A stretch of 64,000 bases of DNA from an uncultured bacterium (GTDB taxonomy: Bacteria > Patescibacteriota > Microgenomatia > UBA1400 > UBA12108): the NCBI GenBank assembly GCA_903945195.1, contig CAJAUT010000006.1:493-64492 (forward strand). Direction: 5' to 3'. Positions 47,920-59,612 of the stretch are shown here, in pieces; the first letter of the stretch is position 1, and each line of letters starts with the position of its first letter. A model generated the notes under the pieces. That model ran no database searches, had not been told where the DNA came from, and saw only the letters and a list, made by a program, of their open reading frames with translations. Made by a program: the position numbers and the translations under genes.

Positions 47920-48398
47920 TAAATATTTTCAAAAAAGGCTTCACATTAATAGAATTACTAATTGTCATTGCCATCATTGGGATTCTCACGGCTTTAGTTA
48001 CTACCAATCTATCTGGAGCTAGATCTCGCGCCAGAGACACTAGGCGAAAATCAGATTTAAGATCTATAGAACAATCGTTACGTCTTTATTACAACGACGC
48101 CAAAAAATTCCCCACAGATGACGGCAGTGACAACATCAGCATCGCCAGTTGGGGATCACCATTTGCTGTAGGATCTACAATCTACATGTCCTCATTGCCC
48201 AAAGATCCAATTTCTACTGCTACCTCAACAGTAACCTACAAATATGATTCTCTTGGTGATGATAAATATCTCATCATAGCTGTACTGGAAAATGCTTCAG
48301 ATCCAGACATAGCAGAATCTCAACTCAAATGTACTAGTAATTATAGTAGTTATATCGGGGTCAAAACAACCACAGATTATCTAGTCTGTGCTCAATAA
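47916..48398 (+). CDS. Type IV prepilin
   Basis: KKGFTLIELLIVIAIIG. Confidence 0.7.
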   Translation: MINIFKKGFTLIELLIVIAIIGILTALVTTNLSGARSRARDTRRKSDLRSIEQSLRLYYNDAKKFPTDDGSDNISIASWGSPFAVGSTIYMSSLPKDPISTATSTVTYKYDSLGDDKYLIIAVLENASDPDIAESQLKCTSNYSSYIGVKTTTDYLVCAQ

Positions 48399-48400
48399 AT

Positions 48401-48799
48401 ATGAACAAATTAAAGGGCTTTACATTAATAGAACTATTGGTAGTTATTGCAATTATTGCAATTATCACAAGTATAGGTGTTGCCAATCTCATCACCGCTC
48501 AAAAACAAGCTCGTGACGCTGCGCGTCGTGAGATCATAGGCAATGTCCAGTCTGCTTTTGAGCAGTACTTTGCAGAAGAAAGTCTCTATCCAACCGGAGT
48601 AGAAGGATCGGCCTTTGAAGGTGGCTCCAAACCAAAAGACCCAAGAGATAGTAGTACCCCCATCATCTGGAGCGTAGCAAATTATACATATTGTGTCTGT
48701 GCTACACTGGAAATGGGCAATGGCAACTCATCTACTAGCGCCTGCGCGTGGTCAGAGCTTAGTACAAACAATTATTATTGTGCCATGAACAAACAATAA
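48401..48799 (+). CDS. Type IV prepilin
   Basis: LKGFTLIELLVVIAIIA. Confidence 0.7.
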   Translation: MNKLKGFTLIELLVVIAIIAIITSIGVANLITAQKQARDAARREIIGNVQSAFEQYFAEESLYPTGVEGSAFEGGSKPKDPRDSSTPIIWSVANYTYCVCATLEMGNGNSSTSACAWSELSTNNYYCAMNKQ

Positions 48800-48802
48800 A
48801 TT

Positions 48803-49159
48803 ATGACTAAAACAAAAGGGTTTACTTTAATCGAGCTATTGGTAGTTATCGCCATCATTGCAATACTTATTACGGTAGGAGCTGTCAGTTATACTAGAGC
48901 TTTAAGACTATCGCGTGACGCCAAACGCAAAACAGACATAGAGCAAATCAGGCAAGCATTAGAGACATATAGGTCCGAACTTGGCTCTTATCCAGCTACC
49001 AAAGATTTACTAGATCCCGATTATATTTCGATCGTACCATTAGATCCAAAAAATCCTGACTACTTATACGTCTACTCAAAATTATCCGCTACTACCTACA
49101 CTCTCTGTGCCACCCTAGAAGCTGGAGATGTCGCAAGTTATTGTTTAACACAACCATAA
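48803..49159 (+). CDS. Type IV prepilin
   Basis: TKGFTLIELLVVIAIIA. Confidence 0.7.
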   Translation: MTKTKGFTLIELLVVIAIIAILITVGAVSYTRALRLSRDAKRKTDIEQIRQALETYRSELGSYPATKDLLDPDYISIVPLDPKNPDYLYVYSKLSATTYTLCATLEAGDVASYCLTQP

Positions 49160-49168
49160 AAACTCATT

Positions 49169-49624
49169 ATGAAAAAAGGCTTTTCGTTAATTGAGTTGAT
49201 GATAGCCATAACTATCATCGCAGTCATGACAACTCTAGGCATCTCTGCCTACAGCAAAGGCAGTGACAAACAAATAGCCAAAAATTCAGGAGAAACAATA
49301 GTCTCAATATTAACTGAAAATCAAAAACAAGCAAATATTGGTCACGAAGATTGTACTGGCAAATACTTGGGACAACAGATCTCAATTAGTTCAGGTGGCA
49401 ACACTATCACAGCAGTTAGTCTCTGCACAATTTCAGTAGGGGAGCCTTTAGTAACAAGCATAGACAACATTACCTTCAACTCATCTACAACCATGGTATT
49501 TAATCCTTTATCTCAGGGAGTCACAGATGCTAGCTCCATCACTTTTACCGGACCAAACGGATCTATCTACACCGTTCGCGTAGACAGTTCCGGCACGATC
49601 GAATATAGCGGGGTGCAAAAATAG
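49169..49624 (+). CDS. Minor (pseudo)pilin
   Basis: KKGFSLIELMIAITII. Confidence 0.6.
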   Translation: MKKGFSLIELMIAITIIAVMTTLGISAYSKGSDKQIAKNSGETIVSILTENQKQANIGHEDCTGKYLGQQISISSGGNTITAVSLCTISVGEPLVTSIDNITFNSSTTMVFNPLSQGVTDASSITFTGPNGSIYTVRVDSSGTIEYSGVQK

Positions 49625-50055
49625 TGAAAACAAAAAAGGGGATGTCAATCATTGAGATTGTGATCGCAACAGCCATGATTAGCATGGCGGTCATTGCTGC
49701 TTTGTCTCTCACCAGCAAATCTCAAAGTCAAAATGTATATTCGAGACAATCGGCAGAAGCCAGTAAATATGCCACACAAATCATAGACTGGGTAAGATCA
49801 GAAAGAAACTTAAAAGGATGGGCCACTATCAATGCCAAAGCAGCAGGAACATATTGTCTCAACACAATACCCTCAGATTTTACTACTCTCAGTCCCGGGG
49901 CCTGCCTCGCTAGTACATATATTTCAAATACTATTTTCACCAGGACCATGATTATCACAAAAGATGCGGGCAAAATCATTATTAGCGTAGAGATCACTTG
50001 GGATGAGAGAATGCCACGTTCGACAATCATCAATTTGGAGCTTACACAGTGGTAA
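49624..50055 (+). CDS. Minor (pseudo)pilin
   Basis: KKGMSIIEIVIATAMI. Confidence 0.55.
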   Translation: MKTKKGMSIIEIVIATAMISMAVIAALSLTSKSQSQNVYSRQSAEASKYATQIIDWVRSERNLKGWATINAKAAGTYCLNTIPSDFTTLSPGACLASTYISNTIFTRTMIITKDAGKIIISVEITWDERMPRSTIINLELTQW

Positions 50056-50549
50056 AAGGTTTTTCACTCATTGAATTAATTGTGGTAGTAGGACTACTTG
50101 CCATCCTTATGCTCGCCATATCATCTTCTATTCTGATGAGCGTCATTAGTAGCAATCGTATTCGTACGGTCACCATCACCAAACAAGCAGGAAACTACGC
50201 TCTAGATCAAATTCAAAGCATGATTAGAAACGCCAAAGACATCAGTATCTGCGATCCCGCCATAGTATCTATAGTTCATAGTGATGGCTCAAGTTCTGTA
50301 CTTAGTACTCAAACCAACAATGGTGTAAATAGAATCATCTCAAACTCAGATGTTTTTTTAACACCTGCAAACGTCTCTGTTTCAGATTTTCTTTTTTCCT
50401 GTCTGCCTGACCAGACTCCACCAGCTAGCAATCTAGGCAACACCGATCTTATCAAAATCTCCTTTAGTCTTAAAAACACCACGGTATCAAGAACTTCCGA
50501 AAATCCTACACTTCATTTTGAAACTTCTATAAACCTGCGTAACCAATGA
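50049..50549 (+). CDS. Minor (pseudo)pilin
   Basis: VKGFSLIELIVVVGLL. Confidence 0.55.
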   Translation: MVKGFSLIELIVVVGLLAILMLAISSSILMSVISSNRIRTVTITKQAGNYALDQIQSMIRNAKDISICDPAIVSIVHSDGSSSVLSTQTNNGVNRIISNSDVFLTPANVSVSDFLFSCLPDQTPPASNLGNTDLIKISFSLKNTTVSRTSENPTLHFETSINLRNQ

Positions 50550-51324
50550 TTTGATTTCCCCACAACAGAGTTACAAGTATAGCTATTACCATAAACGGTA
50601 CAAATGGCACTGTATCTTTACGACTTCTAAGTTTTGTCGCTATTAGTATCACTCCAACCACAGCACCAATTATGAAGCTGCCCATGATAGCTACAAGCCC
50701 CTTTGGCCACCCAAGAAGTATACCCATGTATAAAGCCACATACATATCTCCATCAGCCATTCCTCGGCCTTTCGTTATTTTCCACAAGCTCCAAAAAAAT
50801 GCATAAAATCCAAAACCAGTGAGTATAGCCAAATAGAAATCAGTAGCTTGATAGGCTCCAAAACATCCAAGCAGTAAACGGTAAACTAGGGCAGTGGCAC
50901 ATCCAAGCCACACTACATTCATTAACACTACCCCGTAAAACAAATCAGCAAGGAGCAGGATCAAAAGAATCACCCCTGTAAATAGCCAAAAAAGTGGCTG
51001 CACCACTGTCAGTGGTGCACTCACAAGCCGGAAAAATACAAACCCTACAATCATCCACCACGCAAACAGCAGTCCCACAATCGTCTCGACTATTGGATAC
51101 TGAAAAGATAGGGGAGTACGACAACAACGTGACTTGGCACCATACATGACAAAACTTAGAATTGGGATCATGTCATACCATGCCAGGGTCTTGTGGCAGT
51201 GATCACACTCTGATCTACCTCGCACCCAGTCTCGTCCCGAGATCGTACGATCAATCAGTACATTTACAAAACTACCTACCGCAGCACCAATAAAAAATGT
51301 GAGGATGAAATACATCATCCTCAC
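50527..51324 (-). CDS. pilD: Prepilin peptidase (A24 family)
   Basis: N-terminal zinc-binding CDHC region, multiple TM helices, GAAVGSFVNV motif. Confidence 0.75.
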   Translation of the reverse strand: MRMMYFILTFFIGAAVGSFVNVLIDRTISGRDWVRGRSECDHCHKTLAWYDMIPILSFVMYGAKSRCCRTPLSFQYPIVETIVGLLFAWWMIVGFVFFRLVSAPLTVVQPLFWLFTGVILLILLLADLFYGVVLMNVVWLGCATALVYRLLLGCFGAYQATDFYLAILTGFGFYAFFWSLWKITKGRGMADGDMYVALYMGILLGWPKGLVAIMGSFIIGAVVGVILIATKLRSRKDTVPFVPFMVIAILVTLLWGNQIIGYAGL

Positions 51325-51358
51325 ATTCTATCAGTTTAATCCTGAGCTTGTCGAAGGA

Positions 51359-52024
51359 CTATGGTAGACAGATATAACAATCAATTGCTAAATCAGAAGA
51401 ACTAGCAGTTGCACAATTAGCTGTGACTGGACATGCACCAGGTGGGAAATCTCCAGGCAATACATTGAGCACGTAAGAGCCACTTCCTGGGGCCGTCTCT
51501 GCTGCACAACGTTTCCAGGCTTCTTCACGGAAAGAGTTAGATTTTGGCTTGAAACATGCGTAAGTACTTTCACCAGACACACCATCGTTGTAGATCGATA
51601 GATAGTTGGAAGCAGCTGCATCAGTAATACGAGTTACAAACGATGCTTTAATTTCGGCAGTGCCACCAGAAGATAATAGGTCTAATATATCTTTAGCATC
51701 ATCACCCAACAACAGTCCTGGAGCATTGATCTCTACCAAATCACCCGCATTAGCCACGCCTACAGCTGTTCCTGCTGGATCAGTCCAAGTATTGTCACTT
51801 GTTCCATTTGTCATCCAAGGATAATATCCTTTTGCCGCATAAAATCGATCAGTTGCAGATATCAGTTGCTCTGCATCAGACCTAGTTCCAGTGTCACGTC
51901 CTCTATTGATTTGTTCGATAGGGTTAATAGCAGACAGCACGGCCACAGCCAAGATACCTAGTACCGCAATCACGATTAAAAGCTCGATCATGGTAAACCC
52001 TAATTTCTTTAAACTGCTAAACAT
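51359..52024 (-). CDS. pilA: Type IV major pilin-like protein (long, 221 aa)
   Basis: KKLGFTMIELLIVIAVLGILA prepilin signal. Sits between pilD and pilC. Confidence 0.6.
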   Translation of the reverse strand: MFSSLKKLGFTMIELLIVIAVLGILAVAVLSAINPIEQINRGRDTGTRSDAEQLISATDRFYAAKGYYPWMTNGTSDNTWTDPAGTAVGVANAGDLVEINAPGLLLGDDAKDILDLLSSGGTAEIKASFVTRITDAAASNYLSIYNDGVSGESTYACFKPKSNSFREEAWKRCAAETAPGSGSYVLNVLPGDFPPGACPVTANCATASSSDLAIDCYICLP

Positions 52025-52069
52025 ATGTATCTCCTTAGACTTTATAGTATCTATCTCTATAACATCATA

Positions 52070-53266
52070 TTAGAACGCGCTCGTCAAGTTGTATATAGGT
52101 ACTATGATCGCAACGATGAGGAATCCTACTCCCAGTCCAAGCAGTACCATGATAATGGGCTCCATAGCAGTTGAGAGGTTTTTTATCACATGTTCAGATT
52201 CATTTTCAAAATATCCCGCCACGCGGTTCAGGATTTCATCCAACTTTCCAGTTTGCTCACCAACCGAAGTCATCTGTGACACAAGCATGGGAAATACTGG
52301 ATGCTTGGCCAATGATGTAGCTAGGGCATTTCCTTTTTCTACATCTTTTGCTACTTCATCAAGCGCTCTCCGCATGACTTCACTATCTGCCACTTCGCGC
52401 ACGATTCCTAAAGACTCAACTAGAGATACACCAGCCGAGGCCAGTAGCGCCAATGTCCTACTAAACTCTGCCATCAGGACCATAGACTTGATCTTGCCAA
52501 ATACTGGCAACTTCAAAACAATAGCATCCCATTGGTATGATCCCATTTTTGTCTTACGCCAGGAATTAAAGCCATACACAGAGCCAACGATAGCTACTCC
52601 CATAATGTACCAAAAATTCACCATAAAATCAGAAACACTTATTAATATCCTCGTAACAATTGGTAGTTGAATATCAAAATCTTTATACATCACGGTAAGT
52701 TTTGGCAACACAAAGATCATCATGACACTGGTGACCAATGCCATACCTATGAGCACAATCACAGGATAGATCATGGCTCCTTTAGTTTTCTCTCTAAATT
52801 CGCGTTGTTTTTCTAAAGTGTCAGCCAGTCGGATCAAGATAGTATCTAGTACTCCAGCAGACTCTCCCGCACGAACTAAAGCGATATAAACTCTAGAAAA
52901 TGTTTCAGGATGATGCACTAGAGCATCGGCAAAAGTCGACCCACCCTCTATTGATCTCAAGATGTCTGCTACTTTAGACTGCAAAGCTATAGGCACTTGC
53001 ATCTGCAAAATAGACAAAGCATCAGTCAAAGGTAGTCCAGCTCCAATCATAGTTGAGAGTTGACGGGTAAAATTGACTACATCGTCAAATTTTACTTTCT
53101 GACCCATAGAAAAAATAGATTTGCCTACCGCTATTGGATGCAACTCTACGATAATCAGTTTTTGATCCCTGAGTACTTGTACGGCAGTCGTTTCACTTTG
53201 AGCCTCAACAATACCTTTTCTCAACTCTCCATTGTCTGCTCTAGCTTTAAAACGAAATCGTTCCAT
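52070..53266 (-). CDS. pilC: Type IV pilus inner-membrane platform protein PilC (GspF family)
   Basis: Duplicated T2SS-F domains and three TM segments. Confidence 0.75.
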   Translation of the reverse strand: MERFRFKARADNGELRKGIVEAQSETTAVQVLRDQKLIIVELHPIAVGKSIFSMGQKVKFDDVVNFTRQLSTMIGAGLPLTDALSILQMQVPIALQSKVADILRSIEGGSTFADALVHHPETFSRVYIALVRAGESAGVLDTILIRLADTLEKQREFREKTKGAMIYPVIVLIGMALVTSVMMIFVLPKLTVMYKDFDIQLPIVTRILISVSDFMVNFWYIMGVAIVGSVYGFNSWRKTKMGSYQWDAIVLKLPVFGKIKSMVLMAEFSRTLALLASAGVSLVESLGIVREVADSEVMRRALDEVAKDVEKGNALATSLAKHPVFPMLVSQMTSVGEQTGKLDEILNRVAGYFENESEHVIKNLSTAMEPIIMVLLGLGVGFLIVAIIVPIYNLTSAF

Positions 53267-53269
53267 ATG

Positions 53270-54328
53270 TTATTTACTCCCCACAAGTCTATTTAATTCT
53301 TCTGTGTTAAGCGCATATTCCCTAGCTACTCCTAGACTAATCTTGCCGCCTCTATAAGCTTCAACCAAAGCCATATCCAGTGTACGCATACCTACATCAG
53401 TCGATGTCTGCATCACATTTGTAAGCATGTGCGATTTTCCGTCACGTATGAGTGATCTCACAGCTGGAGTAGCCAGCAATACTTCTGCCACAGCAATACG
53501 CGCCCCGTCTTCAGAGGGTATCAATCGCTGCGCAATAATGGCTTCAAGTGAGAGCGATAGTTGTCCGCGGATTTGTTGTTGTTCTTTTTCAGGAAATACA
53601 TCAACGATACGATCAATTGTTTGTGCTGCAGAATTTGTATGAAGGGTAGCAAACACTAAATGTCCAGTTTCTGCGATAGTCAGGGCCGCCTCGATAGTTT
53701 CATAATCGCGCATCTCACCAATCAGCACCACATTTGGATCTTCACGAAGCACCGATTTTAAAGCGACCCCCCATGAATGAGTATCTGAATGTAGTTCTCG
53801 TTGAGAAATAATACTCTTGATTGGAGTATGTACGTATTCGACAGGGTCTTCAATGGTCACAATATGTTCACTACGTTCTTGGTTTATACGCTGGATCATT
53901 GCTGCTATTGTGGTTGACTTACCATGTCCAGTTGGACCAGTCACAAGTACAAGACCTTGTTTCATTTGCGTTAAACTGCCAAATATTGGTGGTAAATGCA
54001 GATCTTCCAATGTTTTAATTTGTGCAGGAATATAACGCAAGGCCGCAGCCACATTTCCTTTTTCATAGTACACATTTACACGAAATCTCTCTCCTCCAGG
54101 GATCATGTAAGAAAAATCAAGTTCTCGGTCTACCTTCAACAATTCTCGTTGTTGTTCATTTAAAATACTGTTTACAATTTCTTCAGTTTGCGTAGGCGTA
54201 AAAGCAGTAGTTTCTGGTACGGTCAACAATTTGCCATTCAATCTTAGCATTGGCGGAATACCCACCATGATATGTACATCCGAAGCTTTGTATTGTACGC
54301 AGAGTTCCAATATTTTCTTTATTTCCAT
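53270..54328 (-). CDS. pilT: Twitching-motility retraction ATPase PilT
   Basis: Walker A GPTGHGKSTT. ~350 aa. Confidence 0.8.
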   Translation of the reverse strand: MEIKKILELCVQYKASDVHIMVGIPPMLRLNGKLLTVPETTAFTPTQTEEIVNSILNEQQRELLKVDRELDFSYMIPGGERFRVNVYYEKGNVAAALRYIPAQIKTLEDLHLPPIFGSLTQMKQGLVLVTGPTGHGKSTTIAAMIQRINQERSEHIVTIEDPVEYVHTPIKSIISQRELHSDTHSWGVALKSVLREDPNVVLIGEMRDYETIEAALTIAETGHLVFATLHTNSAAQTIDRIVDVFPEKEQQQIRGQLSLSLEAIIAQRLIPSEDGARIAVAEVLLATPAVRSLIRDGKSHMLTNVMQTSTDVGMRTLDMALVEAYRGGKISLGVAREYALNTEELNRLVGSK

Positions 54329-54337
54329 ATTTCTCCT

Positions 54338-56053
54338 TTATGTTTTTGCAACGCGCATAACTTCTTCCAAAGTTGTAAGTCCATCAAGTGCTTTAATATA
54401 GCCATCTTGCTCCATTAGGACCATCCCATCTAGTACAGCTGCTTTTTCTATCTGGATAGCCGGTGCACGCTCTAGTATTAGTTTACCAATTTTTTCAGTA
54501 ACTTTAAGTACTTCAAAAATAGCCAGTCGTCCACGATATCCCGTATCCCCACATTTATCACATTTACGACCCCTAGTCATCATCACTGGTTTGCCATCCA
54601 ATTTACTAACGTAAGCATCATAAAGTGGCCCAAGCACTTTCTTCATTTCTTCAATCATGATAGGAGTTGCAGCATATTGCTCACTACAATTATCACAAAC
54701 CTTACGCAGGACACGTTGAGCCGCCACGCAGGTCATAGAAGAAGCTAGCAAAAAGGGCTCTGCTTGCATATCCAACAAACGTGGCAAAGCACCAGAACTA
54801 GAATTTGTATGAAGCGTTGAAAAAACCAGGTGACCAGTAAGTGATGCTTGAATAGCCAAGTCAGCCGTCTCGTTATCACGGATTTCACCCACCATGATAA
54901 TATTTGGATCTTGACGCAGGAATGAGCGCAGGCCAGTTGCAAAAGTAAGACCTGCTTTTACATTGATCTGCACTTGGTTCACACCGTCTATCTGATACTC
55001 GACTGGATCTTCAAGAGTCACAATATTTACACGAGGTGTATTTAGAATATGTAGGACCGAATAAAGTGTAGTTGTTTTACCAGATCCAGTAGGTCCGGTG
55101 ATTAGCACAATACCATGCGGCACTTTGATGGAATCCTCAATGTTTTTTAGCGCCATTCCACGCAGTCCTAGTTCAGACAAAGAGGGGATGTTGGATGATT
55201 TACGTAGGAGACGCATCACAATCTTTTCACCATCCACCGTCGGAAGAGAAGACACACGCAAATCTACTTCTTGATCATCCGAGCGAAAAGAAAAACGTCC
55301 ATCTTGTGGCAAGCGTCGCTCATCGATCTTGAGCTCAGCCAAGATCTTGATACGAGACACCACAGCATCATGCACTTTTCTTGGTAGTACTAGTTTTTCT
55401 TGCAAAATACCGTCAATTCGATACCGCACACGAGTATGAGCTTCAAGAGGTTCGATATGTACGTCAGAGGCACGAGCCTTGACCGCAAACTCAAGTACTG
55501 TGGCCACAATTTTTGCAATTGGAGCCTCACGTATTACATCCCCAATCTTTTCCACATCAATTACCCTACGATTTGCATCAGAATCAACAGATTCTTTCAG
55601 GACCTGACTAACTTCAGCTGATAGACCTTGAGAGTAACGTTTTGGAATCTCTGATACAAGCTCGTCTTTCATTGCCATAAATGGCTTTACTTTGGTCGCG
55701 GATTTTGCCTCAAGAAATGCGATTGTCTGTAGATCCAGAGGGTTAGCCATTGCGATAGACAACAGTTGTGTTTTTGCATCAAATTCAAAAGGCAGTGCTT
55801 GATAATGCTCTGATACTGATTCAGGGATTTTCGCTAGCGCCTCAGGAGAAGAGGCTAGTTCTTTCAGCGTTACAAAGGGGATATTGTACAAAGTAGCTTT
55901 TGCCTTTGTAAGCCCAATAGAATCCACCACTCCAGATCGCTCGACGATTTCATCCAAGCTCATACCAGTGGTATAACTCTCAGTTTCCAGGCGCGAAAAA
56001 TCCGCGTCAGATAATAGACCATCCTTTTTTAGGATGAGGGCAAGATCCTGCAT
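54338..56053 (-). CDS. pilB: Type IV pilus assembly ATPase PilB (GspE family)
   Basis: Walker A GPTGSGKTTT, tetracysteine CDNC...CDKCGD and an N-terminal GSPII-like domain. Confidence 0.8.
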   Translation of the reverse strand: MQDLALILKKDGLLSDADFSRLETESYTTGMSLDEIVERSGVVDSIGLTKAKATLYNIPFVTLKELASSPEALAKIPESVSEHYQALPFEFDAKTQLLSIAMANPLDLQTIAFLEAKSATKVKPFMAMKDELVSEIPKRYSQGLSAEVSQVLKESVDSDANRRVIDVEKIGDVIREAPIAKIVATVLEFAVKARASDVHIEPLEAHTRVRYRIDGILQEKLVLPRKVHDAVVSRIKILAELKIDERRLPQDGRFSFRSDDQEVDLRVSSLPTVDGEKIVMRLLRKSSNIPSLSELGLRGMALKNIEDSIKVPHGIVLITGPTGSGKTTTLYSVLHILNTPRVNIVTLEDPVEYQIDGVNQVQINVKAGLTFATGLRSFLRQDPNIIMVGEIRDNETADLAIQASLTGHLVFSTLHTNSSSGALPRLLDMQAEPFLLASSMTCVAAQRVLRKVCDNCSEQYAATPIMIEEMKKVLGPLYDAYVSKLDGKPVMMTRGRKCDKCGDTGYRGRLAIFEVLKVTEKIGKLILERAPAIQIEKAAVLDGMVLMEQDGYIKALDGLTTLEEVMRVAKT

Positions 56054-56085
56054 ACTTTCTATAGTACATTAAAAATTAATCGATT

Positions 56086-56105
56086 GCATTCTTTACAAAG
56101 TTACG
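56086..56105. repeat. REP-like hairpin repeat, copy a (CAAAGTTACGATCTTTGCAA), just upstream of the HUH transposase start
   Basis: Family consensus TTGCAAAGTTACGATCCTTGCAA. The self-complementary TTGCAA hexamers can pair around an 11-nt loop. Confidence 0.6.
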
Positions 56106-56124
56106 ATCTTTGCAATAATAAATA

Positions 56125-56820
56125 TTGATGTCAAGTATTTGCTATCAACGCATTTTTGTACCTGGATGTTATTACCACATCTATAATCGCGGTGCCCACC
56201 AACAACTAATCTTTAAAGATGACAAGGACTATCAAACGTTTGTAGATATTCTCGGATACTACCTGACTCATCCAAATGGTATTCCTCTGAGTATATTAAG
56301 TCGCAAATCCGAAAAAAACAAAGTTACGATCCTTGCAAAAACGTCACCATCTTGCTCTCTACTTGCATATTGTCTTATGCCGAATCATTTCCACCTTATG
56401 CTAAGACAAGAATCGAGCGACTTAACAATCTCTGATCTTATGAGAAGAATTTGTGTTGGTTACGCAATGTATTTCAACGAAAGATATCATCATTCAGGAA
56501 CTATTTTTCAAGGAAGATACAAAAATATACTTGTTACAAATGAATATCAATGGATATACCTATCCAAATATATTCATCGAAACCCACTACATTTGCAAAG
56601 TTACGATCCTTGCAAATTATCCAAATACAGATACTCTTCATATCCTACCTACTTAGGTCTAACTCAAACAAATTGGCTAGACACCTCAACTATTTTAGAC
56701 AGACATTACAAAAACAAAATCAGTGAATATCAAAAATTTGTTGAGAACGGAGGAGACGTAGGCAATATAGAAAAAATCACTATTGATGTAGAAGAAGATC
56801 AAGAGTTGCAAGGATCGTAA
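56125..56820 (+). CDS. IS200/RAYT-like HUH (Y1) transposase
   Basis: YHIYNRGAHQQLIFKDDKDYQTF N-terminus typical of the Y1_Tnp (IS200-like) family. HUH motif NHFHLML. Confidence 0.6.
   Translation: MMSSICYQRIFVPGCYYHIYNRGAHQQLIFKDDKDYQTFVDILGYYLTHPNGIPLSILSRKSEKNKVTILAKTSPSCSLLAYCLMPNHFHLMLRQESSDLTISDLMRRICVGYAMYFNERYHHSGTIFQGRYKNILVTNEYQWIYLSKYIHRNPLHLQSYDPCKLSKYRYSSYPTYLGLTQTNWLDTSTILDRHYKNKISEYQKFVENGGDVGNIEKITIDVEEDQELQGS
56319..56338. repeat. REP-like hairpin repeat, copy b, inside the transposase CDS (encodes KVTILAK)
   Basis: Exact CAAAGTTACGATCCTTGCAA. Confidence 0.6.
56593..56615. repeat. REP-like hairpin repeat, copy c, inside the transposase CDS in a different frame (encodes LQSYDPCK)
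   Basis: Exact TTGCAAAGTTACGATCCTTGCAA. Confidence 0.6.
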
Positions 56821-56828
56821 CTTTGCAA
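56806..56828. repeat. REP-like hairpin repeat, copy d, inverted orientation, spanning the transposase stop codon
   Basis: TTGCAAGGATCGTAACTTTGCAA is the reverse complement of copy c. Confidence 0.6.
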
Positions 56829-56832
56829 AAAG

Positions 56833-57501
56833 ATGCCTTATACTACACATATGCACGCATATCTATTATCCGGCGGAACAAAAGAGGACAGATCAACCTA
56901 TCTCAAGGATCTACTGGATTTAAAAACCGAGCTTATCCATGTCATAAACGAAAAAACCACGATCACCATCAAGCAAATCCAAGATTTAAATATCCCACTC
57001 AGTATCGCGCCACGCCTCCCTCGTATTGTCTGGATCGAAGAATCGGGCCTCATGACAATTCCTGCCCAAAATGCACTCCTAAAAATGCTTGAAGAGCCAC
57101 CAGACAACACAACTTTTTATCTCACTACAAAATCTGCCATGACCATGCTCCCCACAATTCGCTCAAGAGTCAAAATATTGTCTCTCGAAAATCAACAAAC
57201 TAAAGAAGATCCTCAAGTTCTCTCAGATTTAAAGCTAATTATGGCTATGACAGCAGGGGATAGGCTCATTAATATCGTAAAAAGAGATAGAAGCGAAAGC
57301 ATCCTCTGGTTATCAGATATAGAGCGCGAAATTAAGGCCAAATTAAAAGATAAAAACATAAATGAAAAAGGTTTGACTATGTTAGCTAGAATCGCAAAAT
57401 CAGCCCAAAATGCGCATTCTCAATTGTCTAGCAACTGCTCAGTTTCTCTAGTCACCCAAAACTTCTATCTCTTACTACCTCATACCGGATCCCAGACCTA
57501 G
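56833..57501 (+). CDS. holB: DNA polymerase III delta'-like subunit (short)
   Basis: HAYLLSGG N-terminus typical of delta'/clamp-loader subunits. 222 aa. Confidence 0.4.
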   Translation: MPYTTHMHAYLLSGGTKEDRSTYLKDLLDLKTELIHVINEKTTITIKQIQDLNIPLSIAPRLPRIVWIEESGLMTIPAQNALLKMLEEPPDNTTFYLTTKSAMTMLPTIRSRVKILSLENQQTKEDPQVLSDLKLIMAMTAGDRLINIVKRDRSESILWLSDIEREIKAKLKDKNINEKGLTMLARIAKSAQNAHSQLSSNCSVSLVTQNFYLLLPHTGSQT

Positions 57502-57577
57502 ACTGCCTAGTCTACCCCTGCTACAATCAAATGTGTTATAGTTTTCTTTTGCTTACTTTATAAACTTGATAACTTGA

Positions 57578-59536
<1,959 letters not shown>

Positions 59537-59612
59537 ACTAATAAAAATTATGTGTCGTCCTGAGCGAAGTCGAAGGACCGCGCAGACGTATAATAAATAA
59601 AAGGAGAATCAT

